Below, in pieces: positions 37,501 through 52,500 of a stretch of DNA of 64,000 nucleotides. A program made the translations under genes and the position numbers. Origin of the DNA: Squalus acanthias. Lineage: Eukaryota. The stretch is taken from assembly GCA_030390025.1 (NCBI GenBank), contig CM059432.1:85872001-85936000 (forward strand), in the 5' to 3' direction. The notes beneath the pieces were generated by a model that saw nothing but the letters and a program-made list of their open reading frames with translations, did no database searches and was not told the origin of the DNA. How positions within the stretch are numbered: the first letter of the stretch is position 1; each line of letters opens with the position of its first letter.

Positions 37501-40500
37501 GATTAGGTTAGTGGGCAAAACTGTGGCCGATAGAGTTTAATGTTAGCCTTTATCTGGAATACAAAGGGTTGGAAGTTATGTTACAGCTGTTCAGAGCTCT
37601 GGTTAGACCCCATCTGGAGTATTGCATTCAGTTCTGGGCACCACACCTCAGGAAGGATATATTAGCCTTGGAGGGGGAGGGTGGGGGTGGGGGGGGGGGC
37701 AGTGCAGATGCACCAGAATGATATGGGGGCTAAAAGGGTTAATTTATGAGGGCAGATTGCATAGATTTGGCTTGTATGCTCTTGAGTATAGAAGATTAAG
37801 GGGCAATGTAATTGAGGTGTTTAAAATGATGAAGGTATCTAATCGGGTAGATACAGAGAAACTATTTCCTCTGATGGGAGAATCCAGAACAAGTGGAAAT
37901 CTGAAACTCTCCCAAAAAAGCTGTTGAGGCTAGGTCAATTGAAAATGACAAAACTGAGAGCGATAGATTTTTGTTGGATAAGGGTTATGGTACCAAGGCA
38001 GGTAGATGGAGTTAAGATACAGATTAGCCATGATCCAATTGAAGCAGAACAGGCTTGCTGGTGCTGAATGGCCTACTCCTGTTCCTACAGAGAAAGAAAC
38101 CTAGCTACAGCGAAAGAATACGGGAAAATTGGCCCAACTGTGGCTAACAAGAGAAGTTAAAGATAGTATTAGATTAAAGGAAGAGGCTTATAATGTTGCC
38201 AAAAAGAGTAGTAAGCCTAAGGATTGGGAGGATTTTAGAATCCGGTAAAGGATGACCAAGAAATTGATAATCATAGAATGATTACAGCACAGAAGGAGGC
38301 CATTCGGCCTGTCGAGCCCGTGCCGGCTCTCTGCAAGAGCACTTCAGCTAGTCCCACTCCCCCGTCCTTTCACCGTAGCCCTGCAAATTTTTTTTCTTTC
38401 AGGTACTTATCCAATTCCCTTTTGAAAGCCACGGTTGAGTCTGCCTCCACCATCCTTTCAGGCAGTGCATTCCAGATCCTATCCACTCGCTGCGTAAAAA
38501 AGTTTTTCCTCATGTCGCCTTTGGTTCTTTTGCCAATCGCCTTGAATCTGTGTCCTCAGGTTCTCGACCCTTCCGCCAATGGGAACAATTTCTATCTACT
38601 CTGTCTAGACCCCTCATGATTTTGAACACCTCTATCAAATCTCCTCTCGACTTTCTCTGTTCAACCAGCTTCTCTAGTCTGTCCAAGTAACTGAAGTCCC
38701 TCATCCCTGGAATTATTCTCGTAAATCTTTTCTGCACCCTCTCTAAGGCCTTCACATCCTTCCTAAAGTGTGGTGCCCAGAATTGGACACAGTACTCCAG
38801 CTGAGGCCAAACCAGTGTTTTATAAAGGTTCATCATAACTTCCTTGCTTTTGTACTCTATGCCTCTATTTATGAAGCCCAGTATCCCGTATGCACTTTTA
38901 ACCACTTTCTCAACCTGCCCTGCCACCTTCAATGATTTGTGCACATATACCCCCAGGTCTCTCTGTTCCCTTTAGTTTATATTGCCTTGCCTCGTTCTTC
39001 CTATCAAAATGTATCACTTCACACTTTTCTGCGTTAAATTTCATCTGCCACGTGTCCGCTCATTCCACCAGCCTGTCTGTCTTCTTGAAGTCTATCACTA
39101 TCCTCCTCACTGTTCACTATACTTCCAAGTTTTGTGTCATCTGCAAATTTTGAAATTGTGCCCTGTACTCCCCAAGTCCAAGTCATTAATATATATCAAG
39201 AAAAGCAGTAGTCCTAGTACCGACCCCTGGGGAACACCACTGTATGCCTTCCTCCAGTCCGAAAAACAATCGTTCACCACTACTCTGTTTCCTGTCACTT
39301 AGGCAATTTCGTATCCATGTCCACTGTCCCTTTTATACCACAGGCTTCAACTTTGCTGGCAAGCCTGTTATGTGGCACTTTATCAAATGCCTTTTGGAAG
39401 TCCATATACACCACGTCAACCGCATTGCCCTCATCAGCCCTCTCTGTTACCTCCTCAAAAAACTCGATCAAGTTAGTTAAACATGATTTGTCTTTACACA
39501 TCCTTGCTGGCTTTCCTTAATTAATCCACACTTGTCCAAGTGACTGTTAACTTTGTCCCGGATTATCGTTTCCAAAAGCTTCCCCACTACCGAGGTTCAA
39601 CTGACTGGCCTGTAGTTGCTGGGTTTATCCTTGCATGCTTTTTCGAACAAGGGTGTAACATTTGCAATTCTCCAGGCCTCTGGCACCACCCCCCGTATCT
39701 AAGGAGGATTGGAAGATTATGGCCAGTATATTCGCGATTTCCTCCTTAACATCCCTCAGCATTCTAGGATGCATCCCATCCGTCCTGGTGACTTATCAAC
39801 TTTAAGTTCAGACAGCCTTTCTAGTACCTCTTTATCAATTCTTATCTCATCCAGTATCTCTGCTACCTCCTCTTTCACTATGACTTTGGCAGTATCTTCT
39901 TCCTTGGTGAAAACAGATGCAAAGGACCTCAGCCATGCCCTCTGCCTCCATGCGTAGGTCTCCTTTTTGGTCCCTAATCGGCCCCACCCCTCTTGCTACC
40001 CGTTTATTATTTATATGCCTATAGAAGACTTTTGAATTCCCTTTGTTGTTAGCCGCCAATCTATTTTCATACTCTCTATTTGCCCCTCTTATTTTCTTTT
40101 TCACTTCCCCTCTGAACTTTCTATATTCAGCGTGATTCTCACTTGATAAAGAGGGAGAAAATAGAATATAACAGTGAACTAGCAAGAGACATAAAAACAG
40201 ATTGTAAAAGCTTCTATAGGTATGTAAAAAGGAAGAGATTAAGGAAAGTAAGCGTGGGTCTCTTACAGGCAGAGACAGGAGAAATTATAATGGGGAATAA
40301 GAACCTGCTGCGCCATTCCATAAGATCATGGCTGGTCTTCTACCTCAACTCCATCATCCCGCACTATCCCCATATCCCTTGATTCTCTTTATATCCAAAC
40401 ATCTATTGATCTCTGTCTTGAATATACTGAACGACTGAGCATCCACAGCACGCTGGGGTAGATAATTCCAAAGATTCACAAAAGTTTGAGTGAAGCAATT

Positions 40501-43500
40501 TCTCCTCATCTCAGTCCTAAATGGCTGACCCCTTATTCTGAGACTGTGACCCCCTAGTTCTAGACTCCCCAGCCAGGGGAAACATCTTCCCAGCATCTAT
40601 CCTGTCAAGCCCTGTAAAAATTTTATATGTTTCAATGAGAACTTATTAAACAGTATTCAGCTGTGAATTTTTGCCCAAGGATAGCAACATAATTAAATAT
40701 TAAATGTAGAGATGGTGTGTTCAAGCTTTCTTTTTTTCATGGGCTACTCCGGTACTTACCATGAAGCATATGACATTTAACTCGGTGTTCCCATGAATTT
40801 GCATATATTTCAAGTTGCTGATACTAACTGATTTTAGTGTTCTGATTTAGAATTTCACATGATAATTCACACACAAATAAAGTAGATAAATTGGCAGGCC
40901 TGGATGAAATGTATCCCAGGCGGTTAAGAGAAACAAGGGAGGAAATAGCTGAGGCTCTGACCATCATTTTCCAATCCTCTCTGGCTACAGACGTGGTGCC
41001 GGAGGACTGCTAACATTGTACCATTGTTTATCATGGGAGAAAGGGTTATACCGAGTAATTAGAGGCCAATTGAATTTTTTGAGGAGGTAACAAGGAGGGT
41101 CGATGATGGTAGCACGTTTGATGTAGTCTACATGGATTTTAGCAAGGCTTTTGACGAGGTCTCACAAGGCAGACTAGTCAGAAAAGTAATCCAAGGGAAA
41201 GTGGCAAGTTGGATCCAAAATTGGCTCAGTGGCAGGAAGCAAAGGATAATGGTCGACGGGTGTTTTTGTGATTGGACGGCTGTTTCCAGTGGGGTTCCAC
41301 AGGGCTTGGTACTAGGTCCCTTGATTTTTGTGATATATATCAATGATTTAGACTTTAATGTAGGGGGCATGATTAAGACGTTTGCAGATAATACAAAAAT
41401 TGGCCGTGTGGTTGATCGTGAGGAAGAAAACTGTAGACTACAGGAAGGTATCGATGGACTGGCCAGGTGGGCAGAAAAGTGGCAAATGGAAGTCAAGTGT
41501 GAGATAATGCATTTGCGGAGGGCTAACAAGGCAAGGGAATACACAATAAATGGGAAGAGACTGAGAAGTGTAGAGGAACAGAGGGACCTTGGAGTGCACG
41601 TCCACAGATCCCTGAAGGTAGCAGGACAGGTAGATAAGGTGGTTAAGAAGACCTATGAGATGCTTTCCTTTATTAGCTGAGGCATAGAATATAAGATCAG
41701 GGAGGTTATGCTCGAACTGTATAAAACATTAGTTAGGCCACAGCTAGAGTACTGTGTACAGTTCTGGTCATCACATTACAGGAAAGATGTGATTGCACTA
41801 GAGAAGGCACAGAGGAGATTTACAAGGATGTTGCCAGGACTGGAGAATTTTAGCTGTGAGGAAAGATTGGATAGGCTGGGGTTGTTTTCTTTGGAACAGA
41901 GGAGGCTGAGGGGAGATTTAATTGAGGTGTATAAAATTATGAGGGGCCTAGATAGAGTGGATAGGAAGGACCTATTTCCCATAGCAGAGAGGTCACTAAC
42001 CAGGGGGCATAGATTTAAAGTAATTGGTAGAAGGATTCGACGAGAGATAAGATTTGTTTCTCCCTGAGGGTGGTGGGGACTAGAACTCATTACCTGAAAG
42101 GGTGCTAGAGGCAGAAACCCTCATCACATTTAAAAAGTACTTGGCTATGGACTTGAGGTACTGTAACCTACAAGGCTACGGACCACGAGCTGGAAAGTGG
42201 GATTAAGCTGGATAGCTCTTTTTTGGCCGGCACAGAGATGGTGGGCCAAATGGCCTCCTTCTGTGCCGTAACCTTCTATGATTCTAATTAAGGATAAAGA
42301 AGGCTACTTAGCCCATCTTAGTTTATCCATCCAGAATGATCCTAAAGTGCCCCCATTGTGATATCCAGTTGGTTCTTAAATGATTTCAGGGTTTTTGCCT
42401 CCACTATAGCTGGAGACCCAATTCCATGTATTAACCACTTTGTCTTTTTGTATCAAGAACTTACTGATATCGGTCTTAAATTTACCTTTTATTAGCTTGA
42501 TCATGTATCGTCTTGCCCTACTCTTGTAATTTAGTTTAAATATTCCGGATTTACCTTTTACAAACTCTTAAGTATTTTATATACCTTTAAGATTAGCCTC
42601 CTTTTCAGGCTGAAAGTTGAAGTCTTTCCTCATAACTTAGACTTTTTACACTAGGATCAGCCTGATGGCTCTTTAGCATTAGAATGTCTCCCTTTTGTCT
42701 TGGTAAACTGGATACTGTTCAGTGCTCTGGTCCGACCACACATGGAATACTGTTTGATTATGACTTTCTCTCACTTATCTTCTACCTTCTTAGCTATGTG
42801 GTTCAACATTGTATTGGTTTGTTGATTGGTGCTGTGCATTAGTTGGACACATTGAGCATAGAGTCTACCAAGACTTGTAGATCTCATCCAACTTCATCCA
42901 AAGCTATTTCAACAGCATGCATGGTGCATATGTGTTGCCTATTTTTCGTTCCTCTGTGTTGTATTTCACACTTGTCTGAAATAAATTTTACCACAGAACC
43001 ATTTTTCTGCCCACATACTTATTTTGTCCAACTCATTTTGTAATTTCTGTGCTGCCTTCTTCAATTTCACTTGCTCCTCCCAGATTGGTATGATCTGAAT
43101 TCGACTTCTTTGCATTGACTGTCACTTGTGCCTTTTTTAACACATTCAGTTGGTTTTCCTGTTAACTAGGTTATTTTATTCATTCCAAATATTTACTATT
43201 TTCAACCCATCAGGTCAGCGTCATTGTTTTTCTCCATCAGCCAGCTGGCCTAATCCTGCTCACTCCTTATATGCTTTAATATTCCTCTTTTACTAGCAAC
43301 TATATAATTCCCTTTTAAAATAATTTATGGATTGCGCTTCTCCAACAGCTTCCAGCAATGAAAGCCATGTTCTAACTACCCTTTATTATGAAAATAGTCT
43401 ATCACTATTTGCTTTATAACCCCTTCAAAATCTTGAAAACCTCTACCAGGTTACACTTAACCTTCTTGGCTCTTGTGAGAAAAACCCTACTTTCTCAAGT

Positions 43501-46500
43501 TTCTTTTCATGACTGGTTCACTCTTGCTTTCTGTCAGATAGTGTTGCGCTTTGAGAACATGTACAATCACAATAGCTGTTTACATGGATGGCTCTGGAAG
43601 ATCCAGACCCAAACAGTAAGGAGGCAAAATTCAGTTACTTTGCACCTCCCATTAGGGCGCTAACGAGGCGCAAAGTAACTAGCGCCTGGGCGCGGCGCCG
43701 TTAACGCCTCCCGCGAAATTCAGCGGGTGGTTTGCGGCAGCAGTAGCCGGTAGCGCCCCACGGCAATGACGTCATCGCCGTGCGCAGCGCCCCGGCCGCA
43801 AACTTGGGTTGAGCTACGTCCGACAGGGTCAGGGGGGCGTACGTGCGGCCGGGGCGGCGATATTTAAAGGGGCGGCCATTTTTTTTGCTGGCTGCCTGCC
43901 AGCACCTGCCCTATCTGGCCTCCTCCCGCGGGGTGCTGGCCGCGATCGGGCAGCCCGGCACTCCTCTTGAATGCCGAGCTCTTTTGCTGGCACCCTGCTC
44001 CCTGGTGGCCCGGCAGGGCCCCTGTTCACTCTACGCAAGGCCCCTCCCCTTTAACAAGGGGAGGAAGGCCTGCAGTACTGCGACATTGGGCTGGAGCACC
44101 CCAAGGGGGAAGGGGAGCACTTCCAGTAGTGCCCCGCCTCCTGCTTGGGGCAATACCATTCAATTTTGGGCGCGGGGGCAGTGCCCCAGCAAAGTTAGCG
44201 CCCCAAAGGAGACGCGACCCAATTTTTCCCCCTAAATGTGCAGCAGTGAAACATGTGATTCCAAATGTCGAAATGTCCATCTCCCAGTAGGTGATGTGGC
44301 TAAGTTGTAAGACAATTTCAGGTTTTGGGTGAATTTATTAATGACTTAAGCTTCACTTTTGTGGATTATTATGAAACCTAAACCTCTCTGTTGTACAGTA
44401 TTGGATTTGTACAGTATTGGATTTGTAACACAGTTCATGTGCTGAAGTATTGTACACAATATAGTGAAATATGTCCTTTGTTCCCCTAACTTTCTCCCCT
44501 CTTCTGCTGAAGGCAGTTAGTCATGATAGGACCAGCAGCTTCTGTAGTATCTTCAACAAATGGCCATTCTTCATGCATAAACATCACAACTCGGGCTGCT
44601 CTCAATTGGCATACTCAAATTTTCTAGCAATGCCATTCATTGTGTAGCAATTTCGAGCAGGAGCTCCAGTTGATTTTATTTTTCTTCTCTTGAAATTGTT
44701 ATTCTATGTTCCTAACAGCATATTTAAATAGAATTAATATTTTGTTGTTGATATGCCTTTAAAATAAGGATATGGGATATGAAATGAAAATATACAATGT
44801 GATGGATGCTTTTGATGTCTGTGGGATTTCAATGTTTGATATACTTGTAGCAATACAGATGTTTTAATAATGTGAGCATTTTATCTTTTAATGCTCTGAG
44901 CATTGTGATTAGTGTTTTTCAGATTAAATTACAATCAGACTATAAACCACATTCAATAAATTAAAATACTATTGAACTGTGTAGAACTTTCAAACTAACA
45001 TTAATAAAATAAAAAGTTGTATCAAATTGTCTTGTGATTTATTTGGTAACTCAATCTACATGGAAGTATCTTGCCAAATGCCCAGAACAAGTTTAGTATT
45101 GTAGTCCCTATAATGGCTAATTGTCTGCTTTGTACAGTAGTTTCACAATGTGTATTCAGCTTTTTTGAAAAATCACTTTTTGGGATTCATAGAATTAATG
45201 CATTGTGACTTGTTGTCGTTTTGCCCCCTTAAGGGAAATTCTTGGAATTCAGGCCCAGGACCATTGTGTTTAGTATACAACTTATGCCAGCAATGCTCTT
45301 TATTTGTGTTGAACAGCATTTGGTTACAAGATTCTGAGTATTACAGGATAAATGTGATTGCCAAATACTGTATGCTGTAGAAATTTGTGCTTCCTAAAAG
45401 GGTTTCAGTGAATTGACATTTTTGAATAATGTAACACTACCTCTTTCCCCAGGCATATTGTTTGTGCATTGCTAATCAGTTGTGGACCATACAGAATTGG
45501 CCATTGTAAAGAATAAATAGGATTGCAGTAGCTGGCTTGCATTGGATTTTCAATTACTCTTCCTCCCAAAATTTACATTTAGGTAAAAGAAGCACAAAAC
45601 CTTTGCTTCTAATTGCAACTGTATCTTTCGAATGTAATTTTTATCTTTACCTGGCGTAGACTTGATGGGCCGAATGGCCTCCTGTGCTGTTTTATGATGT
45701 GCACTATTCTATGATTCTATGATCTTAAATTATATTTTTTGAATTTAACAAGCAAGCTTAAATTGCAAGTATTTTTAATACATTGCAGTTATGCCTTTAA
45801 TTTACAATTGAATTCAAAGAGTACATTGTGCACATGGAATAGTTTCACGTTCAATCCCATGTTGAGGCCAGTGTTGAGTAGAACATTAGGAGTGAGAAGC
45901 CAATGATTCAATCTTTACAATTTTAGATTTGTTGTTTCTGTGGCGGGGGTTGGTGGTAGTGGTGGTGGTGGAGAGGAGAAGAGAAGAGAAGAGAAGAGAG
46001 TGCTTTATATTTGATTGTTTTCAACAAATTGAGATAAAATTGCCTCAAACGCTCTTTTTTGTCCCTTGATATTTTCTGGAAAAGTTGTACAGTTATCAAG
46101 AGCTATGAGTTGAAGACTGTCTAATTGCAGATCTAGTAAGATGAACTTGTGCAGGTGGTTATTTGATTTTTAAAAAATTCTTCTGTTTCCCTGCACTATA
46201 TGCCATTCCCTGAACAAATGCTTAACCTGCTCCTGTGCCTGCCTGCGTTTCTGTGGTGCTGCTTAAGGTGTCAGCCTAGGCTCAGTGGTAGCACTTTTGT
46301 CTCTGAGTCAGAAGGTCATGGGTTCAAGCCCCACTCCAGAGACTTGAGCACGTAAGCTAGGCTGACACTTCAGTGCAGTACTGAGGGAGTGCTGCACTGT
46401 TAGAGGTGCCGTCTTTTGGATGAGATGTTAAACTGAAGCCCAGTCAGCCCTCTGCTGTGGACGTAAACGATCCAACGGTGCTATTCGAAGAGGAGGGAGT

Positions 46501-49500
46501 TCTCCCAGTGTTATTTATCACCCAACCAATACCTTAATTTTTTTTTAAATGATCTTGTCATTTGTTTCATTGCTGTTCGTGGGACCTTGCCTTGCAAAAA
46601 TTGTTTGCCGCGCTTCCTACATTATAATAGTGACTACGCTTCAAAAGTTCTACATTGGCTGTAAAACGTTTTGGGACATCCTGAGGTTGTGAAAGGCGTT
46701 ACATAAATGCAAGTTCTTTCCTTTTTTCTTACTAATTGAAGATGTAATCTGATTTATTTGCTTGCATTGCCTCTATTGCGTTGGTTCTTCTAGAGTCCCA
46801 CTCCTGTTGTACTGTTAAGTTTAGTTTTGGATGAAAATTGATCAATTTCAGGTGATGTGGTAGGTAACTCTCCTTTTCTACATAGTTGTGAACTTGGGAT
46901 CATGACTTAAATTTGTTCCTTGGTCTGTGTGGCAATGAATTTACCAGCTAAATCGTTAGAGGAATGAGTGGAATCTTTGTGATTATTCTGTTCCAAGCAC
47001 CATCTGACTGCCACTCAAGTTTGTTTTATTTTATACATGTTGCCCTTTCATTCAAATGCCTTTTACCAGAATGTTTATGTCATCTTATGGGTTAGAAAGA
47101 GTTATATGATCATTTTCTTTAACCTACATTTTAATTATCTTCCAGCTTTTAAAGCTTTACAGTTGGGAAGGTATCTTTATCAAGGCTGTTGAGGTGGCAA
47201 GGGAGAAGGAGCTGAAGTATATGCTGAAAGGAGCTGTTTATGTCATTGCAACATGTGAGTTGTATTCAGAAATTATCATTTATGATAACCTTTGATAGCT
47301 TATGAATCGGAATCTGTTCAAAGCAGTTGTACAACATTAGTGTGCAATTTAAGAAATAATTACCTAACTGTTACAGGCAGTAAAATCTACTCCTGATAAA
47401 TCATAGTCATAACGGCACTGAAGGAGGCCATTCGGCCCATCGGGTCCATGCCGACTCTCTTGTAGAGCAATCCAGTCAGTCCCATTCCCCCGCTCTATCC
47501 CCGTAGCCCTGCAAAGTTTATTTCCCTCAAGTGCCTATCCAGTCTCCCCTTTTTTGCACTAAAAAAAACTTTGAATTACCCATTAATTTGCAACTAACAG
47601 CAAAGTGGGAATTTAGTGCTTAAAAAGTTTCATTGTACTTTGAATCGAGGAGACTGCAACACAAAAGACAGAAACTTTATTCTATATTAATAGATGTCCT
47701 GTGGAGCTCATAGTGAGTCAAAGGACTCGCTATTTTATGGCAACAGCGTGTTTATGCCACGCAGGAGATATCAAGTTTGAATAAATCAAATTGCATTATT
47801 TAAAAAAATTTATAATATTTTTACTGAGATGTAGTAATTGAATTTCACAATTTCTGTCAATTATTCTGCAAAAACTGGAAGTGAGTGGCCTTTATATTTT
47901 ATGTATATATATTCCTTTACCTCTCTATTTAATTTATATCCCTTCTCATTTTTAAAACTGAAAATACAGAGTAAAGTGGTATGCAAGATATACTAATTAG
48001 GGGTAAATATCTAGTATTTAGCAGTAGAGGTGAGCAGTAATGTGATTAGCTGCATTTGGGGACAGTCCTTGGCTTTGGTAGCACTGAATCATAGAAATTT
48101 ATGGCACAAAAGGAGGCAGTTCGACCCACCGTGTCTGTGCCGGTTGAAAAAGAGCTATCCAGCCTAATATCACTTTCCAGCTCTTGGTCTGTAGACCTGT
48201 AGGTTATGACACTTCAAGTGCATATCCAAGTATTTTTTTAAATGTGATGAGGGTTTCTGCCTCTACCACCCTTTCAGGCAGTGCATTCCAGACCCCCATC
48301 ACCCTCTGGATGAAAAATGTTCTCCTCAACTCCCTTCTAATCCTTCCACCAAATCTTTGCCCCCTGGTTATTGACCTCTCTGCTCGGGGAAATAGGTCCT
48401 TCCTATCCACTCTATCTAGGTCCCTCATAATTTTGTACACCTCAATTAAGTCTCCACAGAATCTCCTCTGTTCCAAAGAAAACAGCCCCAGTCTGTCCAA
48501 TCTTTCCTCATAGCTAAAATTCTCCAGACCTGGCAACATCCTCGTAAATCGCCTCTGTACCCTCTCTAGTGTAATCACATCTTTCCTGTAATGTGGTGAC
48601 CAGAATTGTACGCAGTACTCTAGCTGTGGCCTAACTAGTGTTTTATACAGTTCTAGCATAACATCCCTGCTCTTGTATTCTATGCCTCGGCTAATAAATG
48701 AAAGTATCCCGTATGCCTTCTTAACCACCTTATCTACCTGTCCTGCTACCTTCAGGAATCTGTGGACATGCACACCAAGGTCCCTCTGTTCCTCTACTTT
48801 TCTCAGTATCCTTCCATTTATTGTGTATTCTCTTGCCTTGTTAGCCCTCCACAAATGCATTACCTCACACTTCTCCGGATTGAATTCTATTTGCCACTTT
48901 TCTGCCCACCTGACCAGTCCATTGATATCTTCCTGCAGTCTACAGTTTTCTTCCTCACTATCAACCACACAGCCAATTTTTGTATCATCTGCAAATTTCT
49001 TAATCATGCCCCCTACATTGAAGTCTAAATCATTGATGTATACCACAAAAAGCAAAGGATCTAGTACTGAGCCCTGTGGAACCCCACTAGAGACAGCCTT
49101 TCAGTCACTAAACCACCCGTCGACCATTACCCTTTGCTTCCTGCCACTGAGCCAATTTTGGATCCAACTTGCCACTTTCCCTTGGATCCCATGGGCTTTT
49201 ACTGTTTTGACCAACCTGCCATGTGGGACCTTGTGAAAGGCCTTGCTAAAATCCATGTAGACTACATCAAATACACTACCCTCATCGACCCTCCTTGTTA
49301 CCTCCTCAAAAATTCGATTAAGTTAGTCAGACATGACCTCCCTTAACAAATCCATGCCGACTGTCCTTGATTAATCCTAGGTTGGGGATCCTGGAGTTTG
49401 ACAGTAATGAAATGGGACAGCTGGAGTTTGGCAGCATGGTGGGTCATTTGATCTGGCATAATTGTGAAGGAGAAGCCTGGGGTTGAGTAGAACTGTACAA

Positions 49501-52500
49501 GGTGAACCTGGGGTTTGGCATAGCAGGAGCTGAAATCTGAGGTTTGGCTCACTGGCGAATTCTTGGTGTATGTCAGCATTAAGGGGAGAGACATGGCATG
49601 GGTCTGAAGGCATTAATTTGCCATGTCTAGCATCACTGCTTTGTGACTTTCTAAGGAATCAACATGCATGATGGTTTATGATTTGTTCCTAGATATGTAT
49701 CTCTGTTGCATGCACACTCTCGGGGCTAATGAGAGTGAGGAACTTAAAGTAATTAATATCAGTAGAGACAAAATAATTGTGAAACTAATAGGACTAAAAG
49801 CCAAAAAATCCCCTGGACCTGATGGCCTACATCCTAGGGTTCTAAAAGAGGTGGCTGCAGAGATAGTGGATGCATTGGTTGTGATCTTCCAAAATTCCTT
49901 AGATTCTAGAATGGTCCCAGCAGATTGGAAAGTAGCAAATGTAACCTCGCTATACAAGAAAGGAGGGAGAGAGAAAACGGGGAACTACAGGCCAGTTAGC
50001 CTGATGTCAGTCATCGGAAAAATGCTGGAATCTATTATTAAGAAAGTGGTGACAGGGCACTTAAATCATATGATTAGGCAGAGACAACATGGTTTTATGA
50101 AAGGGAAATCTTGTTTAACAAATTTATTGGAGTTTTTTGGGGATGTAACTAGCAGGGTAGATAAAGGGGAACCAGTGGATGTCGTATATTTGGATTTCCA
50201 AAAAGCATTCGATAAGGTGCCACATAAAAGGTTGCTACACAAGATAAGGGCTCATGGGGTTGGGGGTAATATATTAGCATGGATAGAGGATTGGTTAATG
50301 GACAGAAAACAGAGAGTAGGGATAAACAGGTCATTTTCAGGTTGGCAGTCTGTAACTAGTTGGGTGCCGCAAGGATCAGTGCTTGGGCTTCAGCTATTTA
50401 CTATTTATATTAATGACTTAGATGAAGGGACCAAGTGTAATGTATCCAAGTTTGCTGACGATACAAAGCTATATGGGAAAGTAAGCTGTGAGGAGGACAC
50501 AAAGAGCCTGCAAAAGGATATAGACAGGTTAAGTAAGTGGGCAATAAGGTGGCAGATGGAGTACAATGTGGGGAAATGTGAGGTTATTCACTTTGGTAGG
50601 AAGAATAGAAAAACAGAATATTTTTTAAATGGTGAGAAACTATTAAATGTTGGTGTTCAGAGTGATTTATGTGTCCTAGTACAAGAAACAAAGAGTTAGC
50701 ATGCAGGTACAGCAAGCAATTAGGAAGGCAAATGGCATATTGACCTTTATTGCAAGGGGCTTGGAGTATAAGAGTAAGGAAGTCTTGCTACAATTGTACA
50801 GGGCTTTGGTGAGACCACATCTGGAGTACTGTGCACAGTTTTGGTCTCCTTATCTGAGGAAGGATATACTTGCCTTGGAGGCGGTGCAACGAAGGTTCAC
50901 TAGATTGATTCTTGGGAGGAAAGTGTTGTCCTATGAGGAGAGATTGAGTAGATTGGGCCTATACTCTCTGGAGTTTAGAAGAATGAGAGGTGATCTCATT
51001 GAAACATGTAATATTCTGAGGGGGATTGACAGGGTTGATGCTGAGAGGTTGTTTCCCCTGGCTGGAGAGTCTAGAACTAGGGGGCATAGTCTCAGGATAA
51101 GGGGTCGGCCATTTAAGACTGAGATGAGGAGGAATTTCTTCACTCAGGATTGTGAATATTTGGAATTCTCTACCCCAAAGGGCTGTGGATGCTGAATTGT
51201 TGAGTATATTCAAGGCTGAGATAGATAGATTTTTGGACTCTAAGGGAATCAAGGAATATGGAGATCAGGCGGGAAAGTGGAGTTGAGGTCAAAGATCAGC
51301 CATGATCTTATTGAATGGTGGAGCTGGCTAGAGGGACCATATGGCCTACTCCTGCTCCTAATTCTTATGTTCTTGTGTTCTAATCCGCCGGGCGGGAAAC
51401 CGGTTGGTTCAGGTTGGCTGTCCGTTTTGTACCTCGCATGATTTTACTCTCCAATGACGTCAATGAGTGTAAAATCGCGGGCTGCAAAATGGGTGGCTGA
51501 TTAGTTTCCCACTGGGCCAGCTAGGTTAAAATCTACCCCCGCAATTCAAGATGAGATGAATGAGCATTTTAAAATGCATGGGTTAATCAAGGATAGTCAG
51601 TAAGTTGCGTTTGACAAACTTAGAGCTCTTTGAAGATTGGTACTTAAAGGGAATGCAGTAGATGTGGTGTATATTGATTTTCAGAAGGTGTTAGATAAGC
51701 TGTCTGATGAGGCATGTTAGAAATTTCCAGACATATAGTATAAGAGGAAATGTGTAGTAGCATTGATGGAAAGTGCGTTGGTGGATAGGAAACAGAGTTA
51801 AGGGTAAATGTTGCTTGGTCTGGAAAAGAGTTGGAAGTGGTGTACCCCAAGAGTCAGTGCTACATCCTTTTGTTCTTGGTAGATATACATGATTTGGACT
51901 TGGGTATAAAAAACACAATCTGAAAATTTGCTGACAACTCCAAAGTAGAAGTTTTGGGAAACAATGAGGAAGACTTCAGGAAGATACAGGAAGGTTAGCA
52001 GAATGGGCAGACAAGTGGCCGATGCAATTTAAAGTGGATGTGTCAGGTAATATATTTTCAGAGATGGTGAAGGAATTGAAATATATATTTAATGGAAAGA
52101 CACTATAGGTGTGGGTGAACAGAGAGAGCCATTTGTTCAAATCCATAATTTTCTAAAACTGCATGTGCAGGCAGATAAAACCATAATATAGACCAGTAGA
52201 ATTTTGTGTTTTATAAATACGGACATAGAACCTTTGGCTTAGTCATGGCATTCCCGCCTCTTTGGTTTTGGCCCTCGGTCGATAGTCCCAGTGAGTGGAG
52301 ACTAGACTAAATACTGGGTTGGCATCCAGTGGGGTACTTGCATCCAGATGGAGTGACCACTCGTTCAGTGGTGGTATTCTTGCCTCTGAATCAGAAGGGT
52401 TGGGTTTGAGCCCCGGCGAGTGGGGACTGTATATTGGGTTGACCCAGTGGGTAATCGCGACCAATAGGTGCAGGTAGGCCCTTCCCCATCGTGGCGGGGC

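Noticed and set aside
46268..46345. tRNA gene
   Set aside because: It is the tRNA-derived head of a multi-copy SINE.
49385..49560. CRISPR-like spaced repeats (ctggagtttg/ctggggtttg)
   Set aside because: Short, degenerate, irregularly spaced units in vertebrate DNA with no cas genes.
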